A stretch of 63,436 nt of DNA, counting the filler, from Choristocarpus tenellus KU-1152 (lineage: Eukaryota; Protista; Phaeophyceae): assembly GCA_964200185.2 (NCBI GenBank). It is 13 parts of 13 records of this genome, joined end to end, with 100 filler letters (N's around TTAATTAATTAA, not from the genome) between each part and the next. Parts side by side here need not be neighbours in the genome. Positions count along the whole stretch, not along the records: positions 50,339 to 53,319 come from CAXNAD020023184.1; positions 53,420 to 56,672 come from CAXNAD020021247.1; positions 56,773 to 59,861 come from CAXNAD020022392.1; positions 59,962 to 63,436 come from CAXNAD020019785.1; 9 more parts are not named here. The stretch is one strand, 5' to 3'. The notes beneath the pieces were generated by a model. That model was given only the letters and a program-made list of their open reading frames with translations, had not been told where the DNA came from and ran no database searches. Below, piece after piece: positions 52,061 through 63,436 of the stretch; the stretch's first letter is position 1, and each line of letters starts with the position of its first letter. The translations under genes were made by a program, and so were the position numbers.

Positions 52061-53748
52061 GTGGGGAGTCCAACATTTCCATACCGATGTAACTGTCACT
52101 AGAGTTGCATAGGTTCTCACGTTATTGGTTCTCACTAGAGTATCACTTCTCCCGTTCTCTCTCTTGGTGTGGTGACATGCCATGTTAGTCTAGGGGGGAC
52201 AGCAATGAAGTAGTGAAGTCTTGATGAGGAAGGCCCATACGACTAGCAAGTTGGTCACTGGCGGCCGCATTTTGCATCAGGCATGTTTTACCACACTCTG
52301 CTGTCTTGTCAGTCTTGTCTTACAGACATACTTCTATATTTCCCACCATGTACATGAAGCCTAGCACTAGGCCTCATCTCGAATTTCGATTTACCCCCAT
52401 CCTCTCGAGAAGTGCATTGTTTCAACAACAAAAAAAAACTGTTCATCCTAGTAACTGTTCATCCTAGTAGTGTTTTGAAAATCTTGCTCGGCAACTCTTT
52501 GATTTTCCAGATATGATGTAGCCTATTTTGAAGCAGGGGCAGAAAAGGCAACAACAGTTAGGGGCGTATCAGCAGGAAGCTTGAGGCTTGAAGCTGGGGA
52601 GGGTGGGTCGTGGCCGCCGCCCCAGGATAAAGATGGGCTGGCCCAGCCCCCACCTCCACCACCTCCAGAAAATGATGAACATACAGGGTATGGAGGATGG
52701 CAAACGGTGAGCTTCTGTAATGGGGGGGGGGATAGTTGGCATGAAGACCATGCTGGAATATATGGCTTCGTTGAATAGGCATGTGCAAGTGGAGGGGGGG
52801 GGAAGTGGTGGTTGGATAGATGTCCCTGGTCCATTTGTTGTTGAGTGATGGCAACAGAGTAGTTTGTTCGTATATGTGTGCTTTTGTAGTGATATGTTGC
52901 AATGAACAGGTGCTGTGGTGTTGTATTTAACGATCACAGTTGTATGGGTGTCCATATATTTAGTTCTTGCTGATTGTTGGTGTGTACTTGGTACACCGAG
53001 AAGCGTGTATGTGAGGGGAAAGTCATCACTTTTGTTGAAACCCACCACTATGGGGGTCCAGCTGTTGTGTTATTATCATGCGCTTTTTTTTTGTTCTCGT
53101 AATATGTGGGAGAAGATGTCTATGATTCCCTCACAGTGCAGTAGGGATCCCTGGAAGGCGTTGTGTATGTGTAAGTATGTATTATGTACGAATATGCTAC
53201 TTTGTACGAGGTAGATTTCATACACACAAACACAAAAACACACACACAAATTTATTCTCACCGCTAGTGAACATTATACCCACACTGTTTTTCCCTTTGT
53301 AATTTTTTTTTGGGGGGGGNNNNNNNNNNNNNNNNNNNNNNNNNNNNNNNNNNNNNNNNNNNNTTAATTAATTAANNNNNNNNNNNNNNNNNNNNNNNNN
53401 NNNNNNNNNNNNNNNNNNNAAACATTTATGACTCAACTTCCGACAACACACCATCCCCACCCATCGCAAAAACCCACCGATTGCTAGCCCCCCCCCCCCC
53501 CCACCCAGGACAAGATACCAAACCTAATCCTCCCATGGAATAGTAACAACAAAGATTCGGAACACAATCCCACCCTTCCATCTGAAGGTACTGCTACCCC
53601 TAACCCTAATCCAGTGATGTCAATAATGTGACCCTACTCATACAGCCCCTTGAATGCCCCCCCCCAACCAAGTCCTGTCCTGAAACAAAAAATAAAACTC
53701 CCCCGAACAACAGGCAATCACTATCTTTTCCTTACTATTGCCACTCAC

Positions 53749-55275
53749 AAATGCCCACCCAATTTGTGGGGAGTGTTCACTATCTCCTAAATTCTCATTA
53801 GTCCTGATCTGCTCCTCAAGGCACCCAGCTGCAGAGTGGTAGTGGTACGACCCCCCTGGGGCTGCGTGGCCCCCACAGAGGTCGAACGTATCGGACTCCA
53901 ACGCGTAAGCTGACACTGAAAAAGAAACCGCTGTGGTAACCCCGGCATATGCACTTCAAAACAGATAACAGCAAGGACAGATCGGATTGGACTGGTGTTG
54001 TTTGCTGTGGGGTGAAAGAGGTTACTGCTAATCTGAAGCACCCTATAGAGCAATCAAAAGAGAGGCAAGAGAGTAAACATCGCGATTGTGTAGACAACAG
54101 TAGTGTGAAGTCCAGAAGTGCAACAGACTGAAAAGCGATTTGAGTGCTACATATCCCACTGCAAGAGCAATGTGAACCCCCTCATCTTCCGACGTGATTA
54201 GGATACGGTTTGCCACACGGATTGCCACAGGTCAGAAATCGTACACAGACAACATACACGTGCACGAAGTACGTTGAAGGGGAGATTGAGGGAAGGGCAG
54301 AGGTGAGGCCTCAATAGGGTTTCATTTCTCACGTAGGTGCGAAATAGAACACCACTCTATATATTTTCAATGCTTGACTTCACTAAAGCAACCGCAGTGA
54401 AAGTCAAACGACCAAGCGGTGCATCTTGAACTTGTTAGTCTTTCGCTGTATACCTGTAGACGCGTTTTGAGGGCAGCCAAGTTGTCGTCTTCGGAACTCT
54501 CTAGTCTTCTATGTACATGTACCTATAGATAGCAACCCCATTGAGGGCCATTCCAATGCTGCCGCCCTGAGCAGCAAGACTTGTTGAAGTGCCCTCGCTG
54601 TCTTGAAGCATGGGGTAAGCTGGGAGGTCAGCAGCGACAGGGTTCACCTAGTAGGTTACAGATAGGGCAATGCGCGTGATAAACAACCAGCAGACTTGGG
54701 GTGTGTGATGTGGAATTGTGGAGGACTGAGTGATGGTCGAGAGATGGAAGAATACGTAGGAACTCTATCCCGGAACGCTACAGGCATCATCGTGGGTCCT
54801 ACTACTCCAACCAGATTGTAGTTACCTGTATCGTATCTGCGACTCGAGACGAAGGGAATCAACTCACCGAGGCTTGATTGGGATTGTCATTGATGGGTCC
54901 GTTGATGTGGTTAGGGCAGCCCGTCGATGTTGCAATCGCGCGGACCTGGGAGGTACCACTTCCACTGTGAAAAAAGGGATTGTGCAGCCTTCGTCAGTTA
55001 GTTGTAGGACTTTTCCATCGATAGCGTTCGAATTTTCAGTTTTCCCGACCCTTGTAGAGATACTGTACGTACCATGGTGGAGGAGAAGAATATGTGGCAC
55101 TCAAACTCTTAGGTGGGGTTGGCAAAGCTGCCTTACAAGAATAGGTAGAAGAATAGAAGAGAGAATCTCACCTTAGTCCTTCTGAGTAGTTGGCATCCCC
55201 CCCTGCCATGTCGCAATCTTCTGCCAGGATCGGCGATAAACACAGGAGTACCAGTAACGTCACCCGAGACATCAT
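53749..55275 (-). CDS. Secreted YHYH-domain protein, first 4 exons, 3' end missing
   Basis: Exons 55275-55172, 54964-54868, 54647-54523 and 53953-53749 are phase-consistent. Signal peptide MMSRVTLLVLLCLSPILA, then GCPNH, NPN, IGMALNGVAIY, DLCGGH, SYHYH, HSPQIGWAF. Confidence 0.9.
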
Positions 55276-55714
55276 GGTGATGAAGGAACAGCAAATACCT
55301 CCTGGTGTACACGGTAACAAGTAAAGATCGAAGAAAGTATGGTGGTTTGTGGTGGTTACAATCAATGAATCGATGTATAGATATATTATTATCCCCCTTA
55401 TTGATGAAGTGGGTAGTGTTTGTTCCTCTTCCAACAGATCCACCCTTTCTATTTGTTATACTAACATAATAACTTTAGAAAGGTAGTTACAACAAAAATA
55501 CTTCAAAATCGGAAGGGTGAGAAATATCATGATAATTTATCCAGCCTTCTCATTCGTGGAGAGTATTTGAACTTCTCAAATGAAATAATTAAACGACAAC
55601 TTCAACCTCGTTAGTATTTGTGGGTTCGTGATTTTCTTATTCCGTAACACTATTTTTGAACTTCAATCTCATTCTCAACATTTCACCAACACCATTCTCA
55701 ATGAGATTTATTTT

Positions 55715-56245
55715 TATATTATATTATATTATATTATCGTGCCCTCTGACATTTTACAGATGTGTCAAGGGGGAAACCAATGAAAACTATAAACATTGTC
55801 AGTAAAAGCACTAAAGAAATAAAATGTCATAAATGTGAAAGACACTAATCAATTTGTTACTTCACCACTATGTTGTACTACTGCCTTCCTGTGTCTCCAA
55901 TCTACCCATTCCTGTGGTCTGGGGGGAGGAGCCAGGGAGACACCCAAAGAATCCAATAAACCCCTCCGTGCCCATCTTCCTGGTGATTCCAGGTTAAAAC
56001 GCATGACACGTCTGGACAGTGCCACTTGCGTAGTTACCGAGACAATTTGTCGTAGCATATTATTTTTATTATTATGCCCTCTGACATTTTGGAGATGTAT
56101 CAGGGGGGAAACCAATAAAAACTATACATATTGTCAGTATAAGCCCTAAAGAAATAAAATGTCATAAATGTGAAAACCCTAATCCATTTGCTACTTCACC
56201 ACTATCTATATTGTACTACTGCCTTCCTGTGTCTCCAATCTACCT
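55715..56245 (-). mobile_element. Two tandem 5'-truncated 3' ends of a non-LTR retrotransposon
   Basis: ~170-bp direct repeats (55740-55906 and 56075-56244), each ending on the minus strand in a TAA/TAATA tail. The longer copy keeps an ORF end LRQIVSVTTQVALSRRVMRF, like the C-terminus of RLE-type (CRE) elements. Confidence 0.65.
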
Positions 56246-57341
56246 ATACTGTTCGTAGATAGTGCTGCTGACACACTATAAACACCATCAGTGGAGTAGA
56301 TTAGGAAATTGCAAACGCCACTGGTGGAGTAATGGAGGAAGGGTAGAGCCAGATATATGTTTCCGTATATTTCAGTTGAGCTCTACACAATGCTGGTGCA
56401 ATACCAAGCAATGCACAAAGTCGCACACCCCATGTCTGGATGTCTCTACATGCCATAAGAAGTTTATGTATGGTAGGGACCTGATATTGGATCATCCGTT
56501 GATATATGATATATATGGCATGTACGGTAAGTAGATATGTTCCTTTTCTAATTATCCATGTGGACGTTGCAAATCCCACGTAATAGTCTGCACTTAACAG
56601 AGGATTTTCAAAATTGAGGATGGAGCGGGGCTATGAGGATGGTTGTTCTGCGAAAACGGTCTTAAAAAAGTANNNNNNNNNNNNNNNNNNNNNNNNNNNN
56701 NNNNNNNNNNNNNNNNTTAATTAATTAANNNNNNNNNNNNNNNNNNNNNNNNNNNNNNNNNNNNNNNNNNNNAAGACCGGGTTTGAGGGGAACGGGGAAA
56801 ATCCCCCCTTTCCCCCGTCCCCCCCCCCCCCCCCCCCCCCCCCCCACACACACACAGTTGCACTTGAACGACGTTAGATCTTGACTCACCACAAAAAAAA
56901 GTGTTTGTGAGGATGTTTGAAGGTTGGTGAGGCACTGCAGCATTGAAGTGATATTGTCACATTGAAGCGAAAGAGAGATTGTGATATTGTTTTGAAGAAT
57001 TGAGATCAATCAGATAGATTTTACACACTCTCCTTTCTCCACATGCTGTCAACTCCACATGCTGTCAACTCCACATGCGTTCCCTCATTTTCACCCCACC
57101 TGATGCAACACATAAACCACAATGGTTGTGTAGTACCGGGTGGAACATACGTGTGTGTCTGTGTGAGTGGTCCTTTTCCTTACTCTAAGTACTGTACATC
57201 AATAAGTTCTTCAAAGATATACATTTTTGGGGTCTGCTATGCACTGCCAAGTCCTCTCGCCCCTTAACCCACCAAAAACTACCCCTAACCCCTTAAGCAT
57301 CTTATCTACTACTGCTATCAAAAGATTCTACGCTTATGCAG

Positions 57342-59563
57342 GGACCGGGAAAAGCAGGCGATGTTGCGTGGTTGGCATGCACTCCAAACAAACAGACAAA
57401 AAGTTGCTCCAGGAGAAAGAGAGCAAGAGAATTTATCCAGAGTGAATACAGGGCCAGTGGATAGAGGTGTGGTGCCAGCAGGTCAGGCGGCTGCTGAAAC
57501 AGACAGGGTGGTTACTGGGGGCACTGCAATGAAAAGCGCACAATGGTGGCAGCAGCGTGCAAAGTCATTGGCAGTTACACTGGTGCGAACATCAAGAATC
57601 AAGCTCGCACAATCACAATCACTCCAGAGTGCTTGGTAGACGTTGAGAAAACAAGTACTTCTCTGCTGTCCCTTGAGCTTGAAAATTTTTAACAATCATT
57701 GAGTGTCTTGGCACCTCGCCAATATCAGAGACCCTTCCCTTGTTCTGAATGAACATATGCCCCCAACGATCCCTTCGGCCCCTTTCTGAACTCCATGCTG
57801 TGTTGGTTCAGGTGCTTTGGGCTTGTGGTACCCGAGAGACAAAGATGAAGTACTTGGCATGGCGTCGACTCTGTAACCACTCACACATCACACCGAAAAC
57901 TACAGCCACTACACCTTCTACCACTACAACTGTGGACCCTAGCCCTACGTGTACAGTACAGAGCAGAGTGGCAAGTGATAGATCAACACCCCAGCAAGTG
58001 CTAAGGCGATTGGTGAGCGGCTACTGCAAGGCTGTTATCCCAACCAGGTCACACCTTTGTCGTTATCCCAACCTTTGTCCCTTAGCACTTCGGTGTTGCT
58101 TAGCACCCAGTACCCTCATTCCTCTCAAAACAGGAAGCCTTCACCAATAACACCACCAGGTATTTCGTGGATGCCACCTCTAGCTGAAAGTCTTAGCATG
58201 CTTCCCCCACGTGCACTCAACCCTGCTGTTCACTTATTTTTTTTATTTGCTGTTGCTGTTCAAGGTGCTACGCCTGTGCAGGGAACGGGACAGGCACTTG
58301 CTATCCTTTTCATGGAGCCGACTCCTCCAGTGCTCCGCAGGTACTGCAAGGGCTTCCCAAGCCGAGAGCATGAAAAAGGTTGATATGCTGGAAGCTTACG
58401 CCATTGAGCTTCAGCTTCAGGTGAGTTGATAGCACAACCTGGTGAGCATTCAATGCCGATCGCTTCAACTTGCTAGGTAGAAGGCCGTCACAAGAACAAC
58501 ACCTCTCCAACACTACTTGTCCAAGTGTACATCCCCTACACTGGCATGGTTGGCCTCCTTTGTAGTCCAAAGTACTGCTGCAGCCCCACAGACCCTGTCT
58601 ATTGTCTGGAGTGTATATATATATATATTTGAAGCCCCTTATTTGAACTTTTCCCATGTAGTAAAGGAGGTGTAATCTCTGCTTTTGGAAAAATTACATG
58701 TAGCAGCTGTACCCCCTGCTCACCTTCAGCACTGGTTAGAAGTTTGATGAACAAAATGTCAAAAATGCAAAGGAACAATGTGGAAGTTTCCAATGACGGT
58801 CACTTTTTTTTGTGAAAATTGGTACTCTCTGGAAATACCTAGTGCTTTCTGGAAATATCTAGTGCTATCTGGAAATATTGCTCTCTCCTTTCATAAAAAA
58901 AATTGCGCAAAAGTGTTGTTTGGATTGAGTGTATAGTAGTGCACGAAAAGTTGGTTATATACTTCTTTATTACTTCACAAACACAATGATAACCCTATCA
59001 TTCTCTAGCTATTACTTAAGTACTGAAAGTATACGCATTACAGAATTATTTCTCCATCCACTCCCCCAAAAAACGCTAAGGTGGAGAGGAAGAACAGGGA
59101 GCTAGAAAAGAGGGGGAGGGCACTCTCGATTCTCCTTAGGGACAACTGGGCCCGAACCGTTCTTGATCAGGCCAGGGAAATTAAGTCTATTCGCATACGC
59201 CTTGCAGAAGCAGAGGAGGATCTTGCAACCAAAGAAATATCTTTACTGGGCACCATGGATCCAATAGGACAGAAGAAAGTTCAAGTTGTCCAGAGATCAG
59301 ATGGAATAGTAGACGGGAAAGAGGAAATCACTGCACTGGTACAGCTGGAAGGGGAGCACTCATCCCCCATTGGGGAGCCAGGGATCAATGGTACCAAGGA
59401 GGATAAGGATAGAGAGAAGAGAAGAGGTCAGGGGGGCAAGAGTGATGGTAGTGAGTACACCAACAAAGGGGTACAAGGAATTGGAATTGGACATGTGCAC
59501 GAGAGTGAAACAGAGGTGTTTATCGGGGGTGGTGATCAAGGAGTCGGGATGGTAGCATTGCAG
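57342..59563 (+). CDS. Internal exons of an unknown, probably coiled-coil protein
   Basis: Exons 57342-57582, 58265-58420 and 59081-59563 have AG/GT ends, phase-0 joins and no stops (..AMLRGWHAL.., ..LLSFSWSRL.., VERKNRELEKR..IRLAEAEEDLA). Confidence 0.7.
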
Positions 59564-60160
59564 GTAAGAAGGCAGAATCGGAGGAGCATCTCATGGCGAG
59601 GTCTGGGTCCCACACATCTCCTTGATACTGTCATTATGCACATATTTCTACTCGATGTTTCGTCTGCAATCTACTAGGGTCCTATTTTTTGCAGTATTGC
59701 TCTGGACTCCAACCTATCCCAATATTTTCTTAGGTTTCTATTTATGTTTGCTTTTACCTCGCTACCAAGCCTACTCACAGTCTGCTACTGCCCTGCTTCT
59801 CGAATCCCATATGCTGTATACATTTCTATGCATTTCAATAGGAACCCTTGACCCCCCCCCCNNNNNNNNNNNNNNNNNNNNNNNNNNNNNNNNNNNNNNN
59901 NNNNNTTAATTAATTAANNNNNNNNNNNNNNNNNNNNNNNNNNNNNNNNNNNNNNNNNNNNCTTTTTTACGAAGGAGTTAATTTCTTTTTTCTTTTTTCT
60001 TTTTTTTTTTTTTTGGGGGTGGGAAGGCGGTAACGTTACACACACACGCTCTATCTACGCAACCATTTTTTATTTAAGGAGTCAATATTTTTTGGGTTTT
60101 GTGTTCAAGAGAAGAATGCCTGCGATGCCCTCTACAAATCCCCATGGACACAGGGAGACA

Positions 60161-60243
60161 AGAGAAGACTGCACATCCTGGCAAGAAGACTGCACATCCT
60201 GGCAAGAAGACTGCACATCCTGGCAAGAAGACTGCATCCTGGC
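60161..60243. repeat. 21-bp tandem repeat, about 4 copies
   Basis: Unit AAGAAGACTGCACATCCTGGC. Confidence 0.92.
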
Positions 60244-60379
60244 GGCAATATGGTGCCATCGAAAAAACTAATCCAACAGCAACGGAATTGGGGACGAAGG
60301 GAGCCCAGCATAATCGGGGGAGTCTACACCGTTTCCCAACGCCTTCCAATGAAATACCCCCCATTTCTCCGAGAAACAA

Positions 60380-60425
<46 letters not shown>

Positions 60426-60603
60426 CACACAAAAAAAACATGAATCCACAGAGATAATACGGTTTTCCAACAGCCGCCCGAATTTGCAATGAGTACGCCA
60501 TCCTATTGTGACAAAAACGCACGCAGGACGAACACACGACCTGGAACCAACGCATAAACATTCAAAGCAGTTCGCACGACGGTAGGAAGTGTATTGTATG
60601 CGC

Positions 60604-60819
60604 GGTCATTTCATTGGGGATCCTCTTTCTTGCCTTTCTCAAATTGTCATGGTCATTTCATTGGGGATCCTCTTTCTTGCCTTTCTCAAATTGTCATGGT
60701 CATTTCATTGGGGATCCTCTTTCTTGCCTTTCTCAAATTGTCACGGTCATTTCATTGGGGATCCTCTTTCTTGCCTTTCTCAAATTGTCACGGTCATTTC
60801 ATTGGGGATCCTCTTTCTT
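60604..60819. repeat. 47-bp minisatellite, 4.6 copies
   Basis: Unit GGTCATTTCATTGGGGATCCTCTTTCTTGCCTTTCTCAAATTGTCA(T/C), head to tail with no spacers. Confidence 0.95.
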
Positions 60820-60997
60820 CAACGCCAGGTTAAAATACTAGCAAAAATGCTACTGACAAAACAAAACAATGACAATGACAATGACAACGCCAAGCCTTGT
60901 ACTTTAGAAGAAGAAAAAGAAAAACTTGCTAACCGCAAAGGGTCAAAGGATCATATTTAAAATTTTAAAAAATCGTAACCGAGGAAAACAAACTCAC

Positions 60998-61263
60998 AAT
61001 GTCTTCTGGACCCATGGACAGTGCTGTCAATCGACGTCGTTCTTCTGTCGATAACTCCACTTCCTCCCTTTCCACCTCTTGTACTTCTCCCCCCCCATCT
61101 CCTCCACCTCCTCCCTGCCTCTGCTTCTGCTGCTTCTCCGGCTGCTGCTCCCCCCACCTCTCCTCGTACCCCTGCTTGTGCCCATAACTCTGCACCTCGT
61201 CCCTCGGCTCTCGCCTATCCCGATCTCGATCTGAACCCCCCCTAGAGGAGTATGCCACTGCAC
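60998..61263 (-). CDS. Exon of an unknown low-complexity charged protein
   Basis: CAG acceptor, GTGAG donor, open frame ..RGGSDRDRDRREPRDEVQ..ELSTEERRRLTALSMGPEDI. Confidence 0.55.
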
Positions 61264-63149
61264 CTGCTTTCTTGTTCTATTAACGAATAAGAAGTCGAAA
61301 AGAGGGAGAAAAGAACAAGGAAATATAGCTGGTGATGATAACAGTGTTCAGGACTACAACACAAGGCAGAGCATGAATCGATAATTGATCTTAACATTCT
61401 GAGGTCTTCGTCGGGGTGCGAAGTTTTGAGTTTTGGAGTCCCTCACCCTTCCATTGGCTAAGAACTGTCGGCTCGCCAGACAAGGGTTAAAAGGCATGTT
61501 CTCCTTATCATACAGAAAGAGGAAATCACTCTTCGCTCTGAATGCAGCCCTGGTTAAGTACCTTCAGTCTTCCTATATTTCTAGTCCTGTGCGAGTATGG
61601 GCGACAGGGAGGTCTCCACATTCTCAGTAGGTCGACAAAAATGGACAAACATGGGACGAAAACTGTTGAACCAAAATCGTGGGAACAAAATCGTGTCATC
61701 TCAAGGATTGATTAGAGACGCAGGGCTTGTGGTGAAAACGGGACGAACTACCCTGGTTCTTAATGGTCTGGAAATATGGTACAAGTGAAAATGGGGTTCA
61801 GGTCATTTAGGAAGCAGGTCTTGATGGTTGCGAAGAGGGTAAGGTAAGCTTTCTGGTTCACCAGACATAGCTACGATGAGGGAACATTCACAGCACATTG
61901 CGCATTGGTAAGCAGCGCATGTATTTTCAGCAGCTTCAGGGCTTGTGCAACTTGAAGTGCACCTCATCCGCACTCAAGATGCATCACATCAACCCTTGCT
62001 GGTCATAGGTTGCACGTGGAGGCTGCTTGAAAAATCGTTGGTAACCGAGATTGCTAGTTGGACCCTACGTATACGAAGAACTGGGGGCACTGGTGACTTG
62101 AGTTCATCATAAGTCCTGAAGTTATCTGTGTATCAACGAGAGTGGCCCCACTTCGATTAAAGAGTGATATATTGGCACGAAAATGGCTTGATTTCTCTCT
62201 CTTTAGACCTCATTTTACCCACCAGATTCAGTGCCTCCATCCTGGCTGTGGTTTCCTCCGTCTTCTGCTCTCTTTCCTGTTCTCCTCCTCCTCCTCCTCC
62301 TCCTCTACCTCCCCTACTCCTCAACGTTCCATCTTCACCTCCCATAACGACCCAATTTCCACCCCTTAGTCTCCCTCACCTGTGCCCCAACCTCCCCAAT
62401 GTACTCCCTTCTCCTCCTCACACTCCCACAGGACGTTTATCAATTCGATTCTTCAACCCCGTCTAGATCTCACCTTGGATCATAGTCGCTAAGAGTTGTA
62501 GAGTGAGTGAATTAATTCTCTATCTGATATCTCCTCCCCTTAAACACCGAAAAGTTAAAATTATTTCCTGGATGTTCCCACAATGCTAGGAATATGATGT
62601 GATAGGTGGAGGACTTAGAGGATAAATTGAAAGTAGTAAAGGAAGAACCTGGAACTTGAAAACAATCAATTTATTGGTGTGAATGGTCGTGATCGAATCG
62701 GTCTGATTCGATAATATCGGAGATTGATCGAACTTGGGATCCATTATTCAAACTCTTTTCTTCTCTAAAATGTTTGGGAGGACAAACACAAACACACAAA
62801 CAATACCCTCACTTTAAATATCTCAAGGTCTCCGATAATATCCTACGACTGCGCCTAGATACTCTGAAGATGGTAAAGGTGGGTTCGTATAGACCAGTAC
62901 GACATTTGAACTGTCTGCAGGATATGCCCTTCTGTGTGTGAAGGATGATGGACAGGGCCAGATGAAGACAGTGTTATGTCTTCAAGGCAGACAGGGCGCT
63001 ATCAATGGATAAGATGGGTCGCTTGCTGGAAGAAGATCACAGTATCACGACCTACCACTACATGGATTATTATCTGAGTTTCTAGGTGGTAGAGCATTCA
63101 GCAGAGAAGGGTTCATAGATGCCATGAAATCAACTCTACTGCAGGTAAT

Positions 63150-63406
63150 GAGTGAAAGTATCTTAGACGGTACAAGTTTTGCCCTATTTGTCCATTTTGG
63201 TGCTTGGCTTCCCACGTTTCTTTTTATGACATTTTCCTACTCCAAAGTGTTTCCGAGTAGGGATTATATACGTTATGGAAAGGTTGTTCCGAAACAAGGA
63301 TATTGACACTTCCTAACAAACACGTTATCCAAAATTACATCAAAAATCAACTTTGGGTTTTGGTCCCCAAATGGACGCGGCCCTACCCTCTAAGATACTT
63401 TGGCTC
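63150..63406 (+). mobile_element. Sola2-like MITE family 1, copy g
   Basis: GAGTGAAAGTATCTTAGACGGTA..TACCCTCTAAGATACTTTGGCTC, TAAT/TAAT TSD, immediately followed by a family-2 end. Confidence 0.9.
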
Positions 63407-63436
63407 TAATGGGTCAAAGTATCTTGGGGGGGGGGG

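Noticed and set aside
60604-60819. CRISPR-like array
   Set aside because: Units are contiguous with no unique spacers, there are no cas genes, and the context is eukaryotic. The same applies to 12582-12760 and 60161-60243.
62880-63145. Candidate Sola transposase remnant (C..C..YQW..FID)
   Set aside because: The motif pieces lie in different frames with stops and cannot be told from chance without an HMM search.

Overview
This is not one locus. It is 13 unlinked eukaryotic contigs joined by an artificial 100-nt spacer (44 N + TTAATTAATTAA + 44 N), with two further 10-N gaps. GT-AG introns, the gene content and the repeat content suggest a stramenopile, probably a brown alga (inference only). 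Host genes reconstructed by hand from splice sites: a complete 4-exon Cys-type MsrB; SPT6 fragments (S1 domain and start of the tandem SH2); a GT15/KRE2-like mannosyltransferase; a secreted YHYH-domain protein; a Pmp-like beta-helix repeat protein; the C-terminus of a ferric-reductase/NOX-like protein; a probable VTT/TVP38-type membrane protein end; and several unassigned exons. Most of the rest is decayed transposable elements: two Ty1/copia pol regions, gypsy fragments, hAT remnants, DD~40D mariners (one with both TIRs and TA flanks), CRE-type non-LTR ends, and a tRNA-Glu(CTC) pseudogene. The most striking unannotated structure is a set of three related MITE families (about 17 full or partial copies) with GRG...CYC termini. 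In the main family a 4-bp TSD is confirmed by reading-frame restoration in the copia genes it interrupts, which fits non-autonomous Sola2-like elements. A three-level nested palindromic element sits just upstream of msrB. I found no CRISPR array, rRNA or prokaryotic operon, and no convincingly new multi-gene system. All family assignments come from motif recognition, not database searches.
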